A stretch of 64,000 nt of DNA from an uncultured Planctomycetaceae bacterium. Lineage in GTDB: Bacteria > Planctomycetota > Planctomycetia > Isosphaerales > Isosphaeraceae. The notes under the pieces were generated by a model, which was not told the DNA's origin, searched no databases, and was given only the letters and a program-made list of their open reading frames with translations. Shown piece after piece: positions 11,414-26,029 of the stretch; within the stretch, counting starts at the first letter, position 1; each line of letters opens with the position of its first letter. The stretch spans positions 1,312,001-1,376,000 of the forward strand of contig CAWIAD010000002.1 of NCBI GenBank assembly GCA_963833985.1, read 5' to 3'. The position numbers were made by a program, and so were the translations under genes.

Positions 11414-11547
11414 GGAAAAGAAAAACCCCATGGCGATCTCCGCGCTCCGTTCGCAGAGCTCGGAAGACCACCGCCCGGCCGAACGATTCGAACGTACGCT
11501 CCTGATTCAAGTTTTGCATCCCGTCGGGCCGACATCCATTCGCCGGC

Positions 11548-11769
11548 TCACAAACCGGGGGTTGCCGGGACGGGTTCCTGCACCTTTCCACCGGGTTGAA
11601 CTGCTTCATCCATGGTCATCACGTAGGTCAAAATCCCCAGCAGCATCAGGCCCACGATGACCCAGAGACGCCAGTCCTTGTGAACCCGTCTCCACGCGGC
11701 GCGGTTTTCCCCTTCCGAGGGATTCGCATGGCGGTCCCTGTGATGCCACCCTTTTTGATGATCTCTCAT
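11548..11769 (-). CDS. Small single-TM hypothetical protein
   Basis: 73 aa with WRRVHKDWRLWVIVGLMLLGILTYVMT; last gene of the minus-strand cluster. Confidence 0.65.
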   Translation of the reverse strand: MRDHQKGWHHRDRHANPSEGENRAAWRRVHKDWRLWVIVGLMLLGILTYVMTMDEAVQPGGKVQEPVPATPGL

Positions 11770-11797
11770 TGATTCAAGCTCCAAGGAGGAAATTGAC

Positions 11798-12400
11798 TCA
11801 CGCGGCAGGATTTGCGTGGTGGTCATCGTTCCAGAGCAGGATGGCCGGGTCCTTCAGGGCATGCTCGTAGCCCAGGATACTCAGTGATGCAGTACTGAGC
11901 ACGAAGTGCCTGGCGTCCTCCGTGGTCAGACCAGTCCAGTGTGCGCCGAGGATTCGGAAGAACTGGCCGTGACCGAAAAGGAGGACGCGGCCTCCATCCA
12001 ACCGTAAGCGGGCGATCACACGGTCGGCACGGGCTCCCACGGCCGCGAGCGACTCACCACCCGGGCAGCCGTCCCGGAAGAGATACCAGCCTGGCCGCTC
12101 GCGGCGGACGTCGGCGGTGAGCCGGCCTTCATAATCGCCATAGTCCCATTCGATGAGGTCCGGAGCGATCTTGGCGACGGCCGCGAAGCCTGCCAGCTCG
12201 CAAGTCCGCCGCGCCCTCTGGAGCGGGCTGACCAGGACCTCGCTGAACGTGATCCCCTCGAGCCGTGCTCGCAGCTTTCTCGCGTTGTCCTCGCCACGCT
12301 CGGTCAAGGGGATATCGGTCCTTCCCGTGTGCCGGCCCTCCAGCGACCACGCCGTCTCGCCGTGGCGAGCCAGGTAAACCTCGGGTAGCGATTCGTCCAT
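11798..12400 (-). CDS. Histidine phosphatase (phosphoglycerate mutase) family protein
   Basis: RHGET motif, SPLQRA, EWDYGDYEG, LFGHG. Confidence 0.9.
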   Translation of the reverse strand: MDESLPEVYLARHGETAWSLEGRHTGRTDIPLTERGEDNARKLRARLEGITFSEVLVSPLQRARRTCELAGFAAVAKIAPDLIEWDYGDYEGRLTADVRRERPGWYLFRDGCPGGESLAAVGARADRVIARLRLDGGRVLLFGHGQFFRILGAHWTGLTTEDARHFVLSTASLSILGYEHALKDPAILLWNDDHHANPAA

Positions 12401-12466
12401 GGCGTGTTCCTTGATTCGGCCGTTCGGATGGTATCGGTCGCAGATCGGGAATGCGGGCGCGGGCGA

Positions 12467-13570
12467 TCACTTCGTCGCCGGAGCTGTATATTGCAATTGA
12501 TCCAGTGGATTGCCAACCGGAGAACCGGCGGTAGGTGGGCATTGTTTTGCAGTCATTTCCATCGCGGCATTGTATTCGCCGCGGCGTGCCGCCCGGTTGC
12601 ACCTGGCTCGATGATAAAGAGCTTGCTGTGCCGCCAAAACGTTGCCTTCTTTGCCTCGCCAGATCTCCAAGGCCGGTTGCTGGAGCGCGCGGCCGAATGA
12701 AAATGACAGCGCCCAAGGCCGTCGCGACTTGAATCGAACATTCATGGCATTCAATCGGGCCGAGGCCTGTTCGCCCGGTTGGCCGCCCGACAAGAACGCA
12801 ATCCCCGGAACGGCAGCGGGGACGGTTCGCAAAAGACAGTTCACCGTGGCGTCGGCCACCTCGTCCACCGTTTGTTGCCTGGAACAGGTCAATCCGGGAA
12901 GCACCATGTTGGGCTTCAGAATCACTCCCTCCAGCGCCACCCGCTGTGTATAGAGCTGGTCGAAGACGTTCCGCAGCACTTCCTCCGTGACAGCGCGGCA
13001 CCGCTCCAGGGTATGCTCGCCGTCCATGAGCACTTCCGGCTCGACGACGGGGACCAGTCCGGCTTCCTGGCACAATGCGGCATAGCGAGCCAGCGCCTGT
13101 GCATTGGCCTCCATGCAGCCTCGACTGGGAATGCCAGTGTCCAAGGCGATCACCGCTCGCCACTTGGCAAAGCGCGCACCCATTTGAGAATACTCTTTGA
13201 GGCGCGCTCGCAATCCGTCCAGACCTTCGGTGATTCTTTCTCCGGGATGACCGGCCAGGACCTTGGCACCGGTGTCAACCTTGATGCCGGGAATGATTCC
13301 CGCATCGACGATGACTTTGACGAAGGGAGTGCCATCCTTCTTCTTCTGGCGGATCGTCTCGTCATAGAGGATTGCACCACTGATGAACTCACCGAGGCTG
13401 CGCGTGGTAACAATCAGCTCTCGATAGGCTCGGCGGGCCTCCTCTGTCTGGGGAATACCCAACCTGGCAAATCGTTTGTCGCAGGTGGGAACACTCTCAT
13501 CCATCGCCAGCAGTCCCTTGTCGTCAGCGATCAGGGTGTTCGCGGTATCTATCAACTCTTGCGCGTTCAT
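12467..13570 (-). CDS. Fructose-bisphosphate aldolase, class I
   Basis: [43 protein letters not shown]. Confidence 0.93.
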   Translation of the reverse strand: MNAQELIDTANTLIADDKGLLAMDESVPTCDKRFARLGIPQTEEARRAYRELIVTTRSLGEFISGAILYDETIRQKKKDGTPFVKVIVDAGIIPGIKVDTGAKVLAGHPGERITEGLDGLRARLKEYSQMGARFAKWRAVIALDTGIPSRGCMEANAQALARYAALCQEAGLVPVVEPEVLMDGEHTLERCRAVTEEVLRNVFDQLYTQRVALEGVILKPNMVLPGLTCSRQQTVDEVADATVNCLLRTVPAAVPGIAFLSGGQPGEQASARLNAMNVRFKSRRPWALSFSFGRALQQPALEIWRGKEGNVLAAQQALYHRARCNRAARRGEYNAAMEMTAKQCPPTAGSPVGNPLDQLQYTAPATK

Positions 13571-16026
13571 TTAGGGGTGCTCCACTTCCAGTCTTGGATC
13601 TCGGGCATGTCCACGCCGTGCTTGTCGATGTACCGCTTGTGCTCGATCAGCTTGTCTTGAAGCTGTTGCTTGAGATAGGTCCCCTTGGTACCCGTCTGGG
13701 GAAGGCGATCGATCGTGTCCATTACCAGGTGGAAGCGATCCATGTCATTCATGACCGTCATGTCGAAGGCGGTCGTGATCGTGCCCTCTTCCTTGTAGCC
13801 TCGGACGTGCAGATTGCGATTGGCCCTGCGGTACGTCAGCCGGTGGATCAGCCAGGGGTATCCGTGGAAGGCAAAGATGATGTGTTTGTCCTTCGTGAAC
13901 AGCGAATCATAATCCAGGTCGCTCATCCCGTGCGGACCCTCGGTGTCGGGTTCCAGCTTCATGAGATCGACGACATTGACCACCCGGATCTTGAGATCGG
14001 GAAGGTGTTCACGAAGAATGGAAACGGCGGCCAGCGTCTCCAGTGTGGGGACGTCGCCGCAACAGGCCATCACCACGTCCGGCTCACCGCCCTGATCGTT
14101 ACTGGCCCATTGCCAGATGCCGATCCCCTCCGTGCAATGCGCGACGGCGGCATCCGTGGTCAGCCACTGGGGGGCATCGTGCTTGCCGCAGACCATGACA
14201 TTGATGTAGTTCAGGCTGCGCAGACAATGATCCATGGTCGACAGCAGACAGTTGGCGTCGGGTGGCAGGTAGACGCGCACCATCTCGGATTTCTTGTTGA
14301 CGACGTGGTCGATGAAGCCGGGATCCTGGTGCGTGAAGCCGTTGTGATCCTGCCGCCAGACGTGGGAAGTCAGCAGGTAGTTCAGTGAAGCGATATCCCT
14401 CCGCCACGGCAGTTCCGCACACATCTTCAGCCACTTGGCGTGCTGGGTGAACATCGAATCGACGATACGGATGAACGCCTCGTAACTATTGAAAAGCCCG
14501 TGCCGCCCTGTCAGCAGGTACCCCTCCAGCCAGCCCTCGCATTGATGCTCGCTGAGCATCTCCATGACGTCTCCGCTGGTCTCGAGGAACTCATCGTTCT
14601 CCTCGGTCGCAGCTTCCCACTGCCGATTGGTAACCTCAAAGACGGCCTCGAGCCGATTGGAGATTGTCTCGTCAGGACCGAACACGCGGAAGTTGCGCGG
14701 ATGCTCGTTCAGCTTGATGACGTCCCGCAAGAATGGGCCCAGCACATGCACATTGCCGGCCACGACGGCGGTAGGCGCTGGGACTTTGACGGCGTAGTTA
14801 CGGAAGTCAGGCATGCGGAGTTCGCGCAGAAGTTTTCCACCGTTGGCATGGGGATTGGCGCCCATTCGTCGGTCGCCCTTTGGCGCCAGGTCGGCCAGCT
14901 CGGACAGGAGCCGACCTTGCTTGTCGAAGAGTTCCTCCGGCTTGTAGCTGCGTAACCAGCTCTCGAGCTGCTGGAGATGCTCGGGAGGAGTCGTTGAAGA
15001 CACGGAGAGCGGCACCTGGTGCGCTCGGAACGTACCCTCGACCGGCAGCCCATCGATGATTTTCGGTCCGGTCCAGCCTTTGAGCGATCTGAGCACGATC
15101 ATCGGCCAGCGCGGGCGTGTGGCGTCGCCCTGGGTGCGGGCTTCGTGCTGGATCTTCTGGATTTGCTCCACCACCTTATCGAGGGTTGCGGCCATGGTCT
15201 GGTGCATCTCGGCCGGTTCTTCTCCCTCGACGAAGAAAGGCGTCCAACCGTAGCCGCGGAACAACTGGTCAAGTTCCTCGTGGGTGATGCGCGCGAGCAC
15301 CGTCGGGTTGGAGATCTTATAGCCATTGAGGTGCAAGATCGGCAGCACCACGCCGTCGCTGACCGGGTCGAGGAATTTGTTGGAATGCCATGCGGTGGCC
15401 AGTGGGCCGGTCTCAGCCTCGCCGTCGCCGACGATACAAGCGACGATCAGCTCGGGATTGTCAAACGCGGCCCCGAAGGCATGGCTGATCGAATACCCCA
15501 GCTCGCCTCCCTCATGAATCGAACCCGGTGTTTGGGGCGAAACGTGACTGGAGATGCCTCCGGGAAAGGAGAACTGCTGGAACAGTTTCTGAAGCCCGGC
15601 CTCATCCTGGCTGACGTTGGGATAGACCTCGCTGTAGGTGCCCTCGAGGTAGACGTTGCCAACGACCGCCGGAGCGCCGTGCCCGGGGCCGGAAATGTAG
15701 ATCATGTTGAGGTCATGCTCCTTGATGACCCGGTTCAGATGGGCGTAGATGAAGTTCTGTCCGGGAGTCGTGCCCCAGTGTCCCAGCAGCAGTTGCTTCA
15801 CGTGCTTCAGCTTCAGCGGCTCCCGCAGCAAAGGGTTTCCGCAGAGGTAGATCTGGGCGACCGACAGGTAATTCGCGGCCCGCCAGTAGGCATGGATCTT
15901 GCGAAGCTGTTCCAGGTCGAGGGGACCTTTCTTGTCCGGCGACTGCGACGCCCGAATCGTCGGGGGCGGGGCAGTGCGGAGTCTTCTCCGCTCGGGTTGG
16001 CTCTGCTTGACCGTGAATTTCGACAT
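13567..16026 (-). CDS. xfp: Xylulose-5-P / fructose-6-P phosphoketolase
   Basis: [44 protein letters not shown]. Confidence 0.95.
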   Translation of the reverse strand: MSKFTVKQSQPERRRLRTAPPPTIRASQSPDKKGPLDLEQLRKIHAYWRAANYLSVAQIYLCGNPLLREPLKLKHVKQLLLGHWGTTPGQNFIYAHLNRVIKEHDLNMIYISGPGHGAPAVVGNVYLEGTYSEVYPNVSQDEAGLQKLFQQFSFPGGISSHVSPQTPGSIHEGGELGYSISHAFGAAFDNPELIVACIVGDGEAETGPLATAWHSNKFLDPVSDGVVLPILHLNGYKISNPTVLARITHEELDQLFRGYGWTPFFVEGEEPAEMHQTMAATLDKVVEQIQKIQHEARTQGDATRPRWPMIVLRSLKGWTGPKIIDGLPVEGTFRAHQVPLSVSSTTPPEHLQQLESWLRSYKPEELFDKQGRLLSELADLAPKGDRRMGANPHANGGKLLRELRMPDFRNYAVKVPAPTAVVAGNVHVLGPFLRDVIKLNEHPRNFRVFGPDETISNRLEAVFEVTNRQWEAATEENDEFLETSGDVMEMLSEHQCEGWLEGYLLTGRHGLFNSYEAFIRIVDSMFTQHAKWLKMCAELPWRRDIASLNYLLTSHVWRQDHNGFTHQDPGFIDHVVNKKSEMVRVYLPPDANCLLSTMDHCLRSLNYINVMVCGKHDAPQWLTTDAAVAHCTEGIGIWQWASNDQGGEPDVVMACCGDVPTLETLAAVSILREHLPDLKIRVVNVVDLMKLEPDTEGPHGMSDLDYDSLFTKDKHIIFAFHGYPWLIHRLTYRRANRNLHVRGYKEEGTITTAFDMTVMNDMDRFHLVMDTIDRLPQTGTKGTYLKQQLQDKLIEHKRYIDKHGVDMPEIQDWKWSTPK

Positions 16027-16077
16027 CGTCTGGCTCCTTGATCACTTCTCGTTGGTGTGAATTCTTGATGGTAAAAA

Positions 16078-17340
16078 TCATGATGGCCGGGCCGTGAGAC
16101 AAGCCGCGGCCCTGGCAATCATCAGCTCTTCGTCTGTGCGGATGACCCGAACCTTGACCGGACCCTGGTCGGTCGAGATCAGCAGATCGCTCGATGCGTT
16201 GCGGCCTTCGTCCAGGGAGATTCCGAGGAATTCCAGGCCAGTGCAGATCCGGCGGCGGATCTCGGGTGCGTTCTCACCGATCCCCGCGGAGAATACGAGT
16301 GTGTCCAGCCCGCCGAGCGCGGCGGCAAACGCGCCGATCCACTTTCTCGCCTGGTAGCAGAACAGTTCGATCGCCTCGGCCGCGCGGACATCGCCTTTCT
16401 CCCGTTTCAGGAGATCGCGCACGTCGGAGCTGGTTTCCGAGACGCCCAGCAAGCCGGACTTGTGGTTCACGAGGCTGTCGAACTGGACGGCCGTCATTCC
16501 TTCGACCCGCGCGAGGAACCGGACCAGCCCCGGATCGATGTCACCTGTGCGCGTACCCATGACCAATCCGGATGCCGGTGTGAAGCCCATGGTCGTGTCG
16601 ACAGATTGGCCACCGCGGACTGCCGCGAGGCTCGCCCCGGCGCCAAGGTGTGCCAGGATGATACGGCCCTGGGCTTCTTCTGGGCCGACGAGTCGGGCCA
16701 GCTCCTCCATCAGATAGGCGTACGAAAGGCCGTGGAAGCCATACCGCCGCACCCCGGCAGCCTCGAACCGCCGCGGGATCGGCAAAATCTGGGCGACGCG
16801 GGGCATGTCGTGATGAAATGCGGTGTCGAAGCACACCACCTGGGGTAAGTCTGGATCATGGTTTCGGAACGCCTCGATCAGTTCGATCTCGCCCGGCATG
16901 TGATCAGGGTCGTACGAGCGAATCTTCCGCAATTCGTCGATCAGATTGGCCGTGACCCGCTCGGGCTGATGGTAGCGACTCCCTCCATCAACGACGCGAT
17001 GACCGACCCCGGCGATCTCCGCGAACCCGACTTCGCGCTGGAGCCAATCGATCAGCAGGTGGACGGCGGCCTTCTGGTCCGGGGCATCGATCGGCCGATC
17101 CTCCTTGCGACCGCCTCCGCCCTGGGTCATGACCCATCGGGCATGCTCGAGCCCGATCCGGTCGACCCGTCCGGACAGGAGCCGCGCTGACGGATCGGTG
17201 CGATCGAAGAGCGCGAACTTGAGGCTCGATGATCCGCCGTTAATGGTCAGGATGGTCGAACGTCCCGGACTTCCGGACCCAGGAGTCTGGGAACCGAAAC
17301 CAGCATTGAGGTCATGAACGTGATGTTTTGATTGAGACAT
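16078..17340 (-). CDS. ackA: Acetate/propionate kinase
   Basis: INGGSSSLKF, GHRVV, FDTAFH, RYGFHGLSY, TMGFTP, GIGEN. Confidence 0.93.
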   Translation of the reverse strand: MSQSKHHVHDLNAGFGSQTPGSGSPGRSTILTINGGSSSLKFALFDRTDPSARLLSGRVDRIGLEHARWVMTQGGGGRKEDRPIDAPDQKAAVHLLIDWLQREVGFAEIAGVGHRVVDGGSRYHQPERVTANLIDELRKIRSYDPDHMPGEIELIEAFRNHDPDLPQVVCFDTAFHHDMPRVAQILPIPRRFEAAGVRRYGFHGLSYAYLMEELARLVGPEEAQGRIILAHLGAGASLAAVRGGQSVDTTMGFTPASGLVMGTRTGDIDPGLVRFLARVEGMTAVQFDSLVNHKSGLLGVSETSSDVRDLLKREKGDVRAAEAIELFCYQARKWIGAFAAALGGLDTLVFSAGIGENAPEIRRRICTGLEFLGISLDEGRNASSDLLISTDQGPVKVRVIRTDEELMIARAAACLTARPS

Positions 17341-17386
17341 AGCTGATTCTGCAAATAGTGACGAGATGAGGTCATAGCGATGCATA

Positions 17387-18283
17387 TCAACGAATGTTTT
17401 CCTTGGAAAGAGATTCGTAACCGGATAGAACGTCGAATAATTCCTCATCAATGGAAGTCTGGCGCAAGCGTCGGAATGTCTGATTCAGGGTTCCCAGAAG
17501 GTCGTCGATGTTTTTCTCGGCTCGCTGCATGGCGGCCAGGCGGCTCGCGTTTTCTGCGGCCAAAGATTCGGCGCAGGCCCTGTAAATAGAGACGAAAAGA
17601 TACTCCCGCACGAGCGTCTCCAGCGTCCGTTCGTGGTCCCCGATGACCTCGGGCAGGTTCCTGGTCGGCCAGGGAAGATGAGCCAGCCTGATTTGCCATT
17701 TTTCATCCAGGGGGAGCAGGCGTTGACTGACAGGTTCGTAGGCCGCCCCGGCCTTGGGGCGATTGTGGAAGAGGAAGAGTTGACCAGAGTCTCCCTTGCG
17801 GTGATGTGCTTCACTTTCAACCAAAATCTGACCGACGAGTGGGGTGATGGCATTCACGGAAGTCGGAACGTTGAAAACGCCCGAGGGCGGGAGACCGGCA
17901 TCGGCCAGCCGCGCTCGAACGCGATCACCCACCGCCCAGACTCTCTTTGCGTCAGAAACAAGTTCGAGTTCCTTGGCGACAAAATCCGCCAGCAGATCAT
18001 TGAACTGGCCGACGAGTCCCTGGTCCGAGCCGAAGACGATGGCGCTAACCACCTTCGCGCCAGCGCCAGGCAGTTCGGCTTGCTCGATCGCGTTCGTCCT
18101 CAGACTCCTCAGGCATACGCCCAGCCCCAGTTCCACGGTGCGATCATAGTCCGCCAGGGCAAGCACCGAGTTCTCAAACTGTCCGATGCTGGCGGCTGCC
18201 AGGGCCTTCATCGAGCGGACAACGGATTCCAGGTCTCCCGCCCCGCCGATCTTGCGGCGCAGGCTTGCCAATGTATCGCTCAT
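17387..18283 (-). CDS. atpG: N-ATPase gamma subunit
   Basis: [43 protein letters not shown]. Confidence 0.93.
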   Translation of the reverse strand: MSDTLASLRRKIGGAGDLESVVRSMKALAAASIGQFENSVLALADYDRTVELGLGVCLRSLRTNAIEQAELPGAGAKVVSAIVFGSDQGLVGQFNDLLADFVAKELELVSDAKRVWAVGDRVRARLADAGLPPSGVFNVPTSVNAITPLVGQILVESEAHHRKGDSGQLFLFHNRPKAGAAYEPVSQRLLPLDEKWQIRLAHLPWPTRNLPEVIGDHERTLETLVREYLFVSIYRACAESLAAENASRLAAMQRAEKNIDDLLGTLNQTFRRLRQTSIDEELFDVLSGYESLSKENIR

Positions 18284-19838
18284 GGCTTCTTCTCGGAGTT
18301 GGTAGCGGATTCTGGTTGAAAGGGCGCGATTGCTCTGGCGACAAGTTGCAGAATCGCTTTGCGGTCCTCGTCGCGCAACTTTTCATTCGAGGAAAACCGC
18401 TGGCGAATTTCTGTCGGCATGTCCGCGACCCCCTTTCTCAGCGATTGCTCGGCATCTCCCACCTTACTGATCGGCACACTGTCGAGGAGACCGCCGGTCA
18501 AGGCCATGAGGATGACGATCTGTTCGGGGACGGACGCTGGTTCGAGCTCCGGCTGTTTGAGGATGGCCCGGATTCGCTGGCCATGGTCGATGATCTTGCG
18601 GGTGTGTTCATCAAGCCGTGTGCCGAACTTGGCGAAGGACTCCAGTTCGGTGAACTGCGCATAAGCGAGCTTCAGATCGCCCGCCACGGCTCGGTAGGCC
18701 GCCCACTGTGCCTTGCCGCCAACGCGTGAGACGGACTTACCAACATCGACCGCGGGCAGTACGCCCAGATCGAATAAGGTCGGCGACAGGTAAATCTGGC
18801 CGTCCGTGATGGAGATGAGATTCGTCGGAATGTACGCAGAGATGTTTTGCGCCTCGGTCTCGATGATTGGCAAGGCGGTGAGCGAACCGCCCTTGAGATC
18901 GTCGCGAAGATGGGTGGCACGCTCCAGTAGCCGCGAGTGGATATAGAAGATATCGCCGGGAAACGCCTCGCGTCCTGGTGGACGGCGGAGCAGCAGCGAG
19001 ATCTCGCGATAAGCGCGGGCGTGCTGGGTCAAGTCATCGTAGACGATAAGTACGTTGCGGCCCGCTTCCATGAAGTGCTCCGCGATGCTGGTCGCGGCGT
19101 AGGGCGCGATGAAGGTGAGCCCGGGTGGGTCGTTGCCTTTGGTCACGACGACGACCGTGTAATCCAATGCGCCTTTTTGCGCAGGTTGGCGATAACCTTG
19201 GCTACGGCGGACGCACGCTGTCCGATCGCGCAATAGACGCACAGTACATTCTGGTCGCGCTGGTTCAGTATGGTGTCGATCGCGATGGCGGACTTGCCGG
19301 TTTGCCGGTCGCCAAGGATCAGCTCGCGCTGGCCGCGGCCAATCGGAATCAGCGCATCGATGACGATGATTCCGGTTTGCAGAGGCACCGAGACGAGAGC
19401 GCGGTCCATGATTGGCCTGGCGGGGCGCTCGATAGGCAAACGCTGGCTGGAGACAACCGGCCCCTTGCCATCGAGTGGTCCGCCGATCGGATCGATGACG
19501 CGGCCGATCAGTCCCTCGCCCACAGGTACGTCCATCACGCGACCCGTGCGCTCAACCTCATCACCTACGTGCAAGTGCTGATATTCGCCAAGGAGCACGA
19601 CGCCGATCTCGTCCGAATCGACGTTGAAGGCGATGCCGAACAGATCGACGGGAAACCTCACGAGCTCATCAAATCCCACGCCCGGCAGGCCCGAGACTTT
19701 GGCAATGCCGGTGGAGACGCTCGTGATCGTGCCCACCTCGCGCGGCGTCAATCGCGGCGTGAACGCTTGCAGCGTCCGGTCGATACCCGCGAATGCCTGG
19801 TCGAAGACAGTATGTAAGCTATCAGTAGAGTTACTCAA
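18280..19838 (-). CDS. atpA: N-ATPase alpha subunit (frameshift near 19175)
   Basis: [17 protein letters not shown] in ORF 19143..19838; [20 protein letters not shown] and TDGQI in ORF 18280..19242. Confidence 0.92.
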
Positions 19839-20700
19839 TGGTCCGCCTTTGGGGCTGCGGCCACCAGTACAGGCCCGTTTCTGGGTTCTCGCTTCGATAC
19901 GAGTTTGACAGCGGCCTTCGGGTCGGGCTTGATTTCGGTCCTGGCATCCTGGTTCAGAAGTTCGCCCGCGCTCTTTTCCAGCGTCGAGAGATAATCCGCT
20001 ATGCTCCAGGCGATCTTGTGTCCATTGGTGGAGAGATCAATGCCGCAGACCAGCTCCGGCGCGGTCTCGAACTGGACTTCAGCCTCCGGGGCGAAGGTTT
20101 CCTTCACCGCACTCTCGATCGCACTTTTTTGTGCCGGTGGCAGATCGAACGTGCTATGCACACTTACTTGATGGTTTGAGGATTTGAAGGCGGTCGCCAT
20201 CTGTTCCCTGGGCGCTCCGGTCAACGCACGAATGCGGCAAACGAAGACGTCGCACATGCGATCCTCGAGGCTCGTGCCGGCCAGGTCCGTCAGCGTCTTG
20301 CGCGTGATGGCGAAGACCTGCTTCTGGGTCCAGCGGATGATCTCTTGATTCAGGTTAATCTGCTCGCTCTGCAACGCGCTCTGACGCTTGCGCGCAAGGC
20401 ATCAGCATCTTTTCGTGCTTCGTCGAGCAGCCGCGTACGTTCGGCTTTGGCCTCGTCCGTGGCCTTGTTCAAGAGTGCTGCCCGCTCCTCGTCAAAGACC
20501 GCATTCTTGTGCTGAAAGTCGTCGCGTTCCTTTTGCGCTTCGGCTTTCTTCGCCTCGGCGTGCGCGAGCTGAGTGGCGATCCCTTTCTCCCGTTCATCGA
20601 TCGCGTGGAGGATGGGTCTGTAAAGGAATCGCTTCAACAACCACACCAGGATGAGGAAGTTGATTGCCTGGGCGAGGACCGTGAACCAGTTGATGAGCAT
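19835..20700 (-). CDS. atpF: N-ATPase b subunit with delta-like extension (frameshift near 20390)
   Basis: MLINWFTVLAQAINFLILVWLLKRFLY; C-terminal ELVCGIDL..IAWSIADYL. Confidence 0.88.
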
Positions 20701-20703
20701 GGC

Positions 20704-20985
20704 TTACTTTCCTGTGGCTTTATCAATGACCTGGTGCCAGAACGGGTTGGCGAAGATCAAGATCATAGAGATCACGAGACAGTAGATGGCGATGGATTCG
20801 ATCATCGCCAAGCCCACGAACAAGGTTCGTGTGATGGTACTGGCGGCGTCGGGCTGTTGTGCGAGCGAGCTCAGGGCAGTCGAGACGGCCCGTCCTTCAC
20901 CCAGCGCGGGGGCGATACTCCCCAGTGCGATCGTGATCCCGGCAGTGATGATCGAGGCGATGGCGATAATGGTCATGCTGTCCAT
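20704..20985 (-). CDS. atpE: N-ATPase c subunit
   Basis: ALGEGRAV, AQQPD, LAMIESIAIY, ANPFW. Confidence 0.95.
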   Translation of the reverse strand: MDSMTIIAIASIITAGITIALGSIAPALGEGRAVSTALSSLAQQPDAASTITRTLFVGLAMIESIAIYCLVISMILIFANPFWHQVIDKATGK

Positions 20986-21015
20986 GGCTGTCCTTTCGTC
21001 GCTGATGGTCAAGGT

Positions 21016-21687
21016 TCATGCTGCGCGGGGTCGCGTAGCGGCCGCAATGTATACGGTGGCGAGGATGCTGAATATGTACGCCTGTACCATGCCGGTCAGC
21101 AAGCCGAGGAGGTACATGAAGTCAGGAAAGATGAGGGGCGTGATCGTGAGCAAGATGGCGACAATCATCGTCCCGCTCATGATGTTGCCAAACAGACGCA
21201 TGGCCAGTGCAAATGTGCGCGACACCTCGCTGATGATGTTGAACGGCAACATGATCCACGTCGGCTTCAAGTAAGACTTCAGGTAACCGCCCGACCCTTG
21301 GCCCCCGATGCCGAAGATGGGCACCGCGACAAACACCGAGATCGCCAGCGCCGACGTGGTGGAGAGCGAACCCGTCGGTGCTTCGTATCCCGGGATGATC
21401 GCACAGAGGTTGGACACGGCGATGAACAGGAACAAGGTCCCCAAAAAGCCCAGATATTTCGCCGGATTGTGGAGGCCCACTTCCTCGATCTGGTCCTCGA
21501 TCGTGGTGACCACGATCTCGAGGAAACCTTGCCAGCGCGAGATGTGCACTTCGGTCACAAGCTTGCGCGTGGTCAGCCACGAGCCAACGGCCATGACGAA
21601 CATCAACATCCAGGTGGTGACGATCGTGCTATTGAGCACGAGAAACTTGTACTGGACGAAAACCAGGTCATCGGGTGAAAGGCGCAA
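21016..21687 (-). CDS. atpB: N-ATPase a subunit
   Basis: TTG start after GAGGAG; SRTFALAMRLFGN, QAYIF. Confidence 0.93.
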   Translation of the reverse strand: MRLSPDDLVFVQYKFLVLNSTIVTTWMLMFVMAVGSWLTTRKLVTEVHISRWQGFLEIVVTTIEDQIEEVGLHNPAKYLGFLGTLFLFIAVSNLCAIIPGYEAPTGSLSTTSALAISVFVAVPIFGIGGQGSGGYLKSYLKPTWIMLPFNIISEVSRTFALAMRLFGNIMSGTMIVAILLTITPLIFPDFMYLLGLLTGMVQAYIFSILATVYIAAATRPRAA

Positions 21688-21994
21688 GGTTGGTCTCCTC
21701 ATCCAATGGAGTCTGTTTATCCGCCTGCGCGTGCGTGAGCCGCCTCACGACAATGATCCGCGCGATAAGGAATCCAACAAGGCATGCCACGAGCCTCGAC
21801 CAGTGACCTTGTGAAACAAAGTAGAATCCTGCCAGAATCAGACCGGTTCGCAGTAGCAAGCTGCCAAGGAACCAGAGCGCCGGTCTCTCGGACGCTACGC
21901 CCTTTTGAACCGTCCACCAAAGCCCGCCGAAGAAGAACGTACCGAGCAAAGCGCCGCCAAAGAACGCCAGGGCAAGAGCCAGGATGTCATTCAT
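21668..21994 (-). CDS. atpR: N-ATPase-specific membrane subunit AtpR
   Basis: FFGGLWWTV, FLGSLLLR; position between atpQ and atpB. Confidence 0.85.
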   Translation of the reverse strand: MNDILALALAFFGGALLGTFFFGGLWWTVQKGVASERPALWFLGSLLLRTGLILAGFYFVSQGHWSRLVACLVGFLIARIIVVRRLTHAQADKQTPLDEETNLAPFTR

Positions 21995-22308
21995 CCAGAT
22001 CCTCCTGCATCTCCTTGTATTCCGTTTCGACCCAACGCCAGGCATTGACACAGCCGACGATCAAACCAGTGAGAAGCAACATGAGCGTCCATGAATGCGT
22101 ACTCGGATAGTGTCTGTCCACCCATAGACCAAGCGCCGCGCCGATCAGGGCCGGAATCGTCACCGACCAGCCGACCAATCCTGACATGCCCAGGCCAAAC
22201 CAGACGCTCTTCGTGCCGTCGCGCCGCGCCTTCAGCTTGCGTGCCGCCTGTGCGCCGACCTCCCGGCTGAAGATCGTCTCCAGGTTCGCGGAATTTACAT
22301 TGAAGTTT

Positions 22309-22316
<8 letters not shown>
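21987..22316 (-). CDS. atpQ: N-ATPase AtpQ (AtpI/AtpZ-like)
   Basis: WFGLGMSGLVGWSV, GCVNAWRWV; operon position. Confidence 0.85.
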
Positions 22317-24527
<2,211 letters not shown>

Positions 24528-24531
<4 letters not shown>

Positions 24532-25925
24532 CCGGTCACCTCCTCGGGCTTGGGGTTATGCCAGTAGCCGTTTGGTGCGATGAGGAGATCAGCCTCTTTC
24601 GGCCCCCAGGTGCCGCGCTGGTAGGGGAGGGTCGCGTGGTGAGACCTGAGTACCGGCTCGACCACTGACCAGGCGGCCTCGACCGCGTCCTCACGCGTGA
24701 AGAGAGCGCCATCGCCGGCCATGGCGTCGCTCAAGAGCCGCTCGTAGGGCGATTCCGCTCCCGGCTGCTCCTCGACCAGATAGAGCTCTCGCTGGTCGCC
24801 GACGAAATCCTTGCCTGCGCGTTTGACCCGAGCGGCGAGAGCGATGGCGGAATTGGGCGAGAGCTGGAATCGTAGGTAGTTGGCCGGGCCGCTCGGCGGC
24901 GCTGAGTCGGCGAAGAGCTTCTGTGGTGGCGGCTTGAGCTCTACCAGTACCTGGGTCGCCGTTTCAGGCAGGTATTTGCCGGAGCGCAGGTACCACGGCA
25001 CACCCTCCCAGCGCCATGAGTCGATGAAAAGCCGCAAGGCGCAGAAAGTCTCGACGTCGGAGCTCTCCGCAACGTTCGGCTCCTCACGGTAGCCATCGTA
25101 CTGGCCGCGGATCAAGTCGTCGGGCGTCAAGGCGCGCGTGGCTTGAAAAACCTTGGCTTTCTCGCCGTGCACGGCTCCAAAGTCCCTGACGGCCGGCGGC
25201 TCCATGGCAAGCAGAGCAACGATCTGGAAAAGATGGTTCTGGATCACATCGCGCAGACAGCCGGCAGTTTCGTAAAACGAGCCGCGGACCCCAACGCCAA
25301 AATCCTCCGATAGGGTTACCTGCACGTTGGCCACGTAGTTGCGGTTCCAGATCGGTTCCAGAAACGAATTGGCGAAACGGAAATAGAGGATGTTCATGAT
25401 CGCCTCCTTGCCAAGGAAGTGGTCGATCCGGAAGATCGAGTCTTCCGGGAACACCGACCTCGCGACGCGGTTAAGCTCACGCGCCGAGGCCAGGTCGCGG
25501 CCGAAAGGCTTTTCGACGATGACGCGCCCCTGATTGGCGAGCTCTGCGGCGCCGAGACCTGTGATCACGGTCTGGAACAACGAGGGTGGGATCGCGAGGT
25601 AATGAGCCGGGCGCTGGGCGCGACCCAGCCCCTGCTTGATCTTCGTGAACGTGTCCCGGTCGTTGTAGTCACCGCTCACGTAAGTGAGTAGGGACAGCAG
25701 ATGCTGGAAGGCATGCTGGTCATCGATCCCGCCCGATCGCGTTATACTGTCCTGTACGCGGTCGCGCAACTGCGCAAGACTCCATTTCGGGGAGGCGACG
25801 CCGATGACCGGGACATTCAGCGCGTCGCGTTTCACCATTGCATAAAGCGCCGGGAAGATCATCTTGTGGGCGAGATCGCCCGTAACACCGAAGAGCACCA
25901 ACGCGTCCGAAAGAGAGGCGCTCAT
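24528..25925 (-). CDS. zwf: Glucose-6-phosphate 1-dehydrogenase
   Basis: [28 protein letters not shown]. Confidence 0.95.
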
Positions 25926-26029
25926 CAGGCACCTTCCTTCTTGGCGGCGGCTTGTCCCTCGTGTCTGAAAACTCGTACCGCAGGGCGGACAGCCTTGAAA
26001 CCGAGCTGACTTCCGAATCGATCCTTCAT
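25925..26029 (-). pseudogene. gnd: 6-phosphogluconate dehydrogenase stub (start fused to the last ~25 codons)
   Basis: [10 protein letters not shown], then with frame changes [20 protein letters not shown]; ends overlap the rpiB stop and zwf start. Confidence 0.6.

Noticed and set aside
18280..20700. N-ATPase operon as a decayed pseudogene cluster
   Set aside because: The atpA and atpF breaks are single-base slips with intact motifs on both sides, and similar slips occur in genes outside the island, favouring sequencing error.
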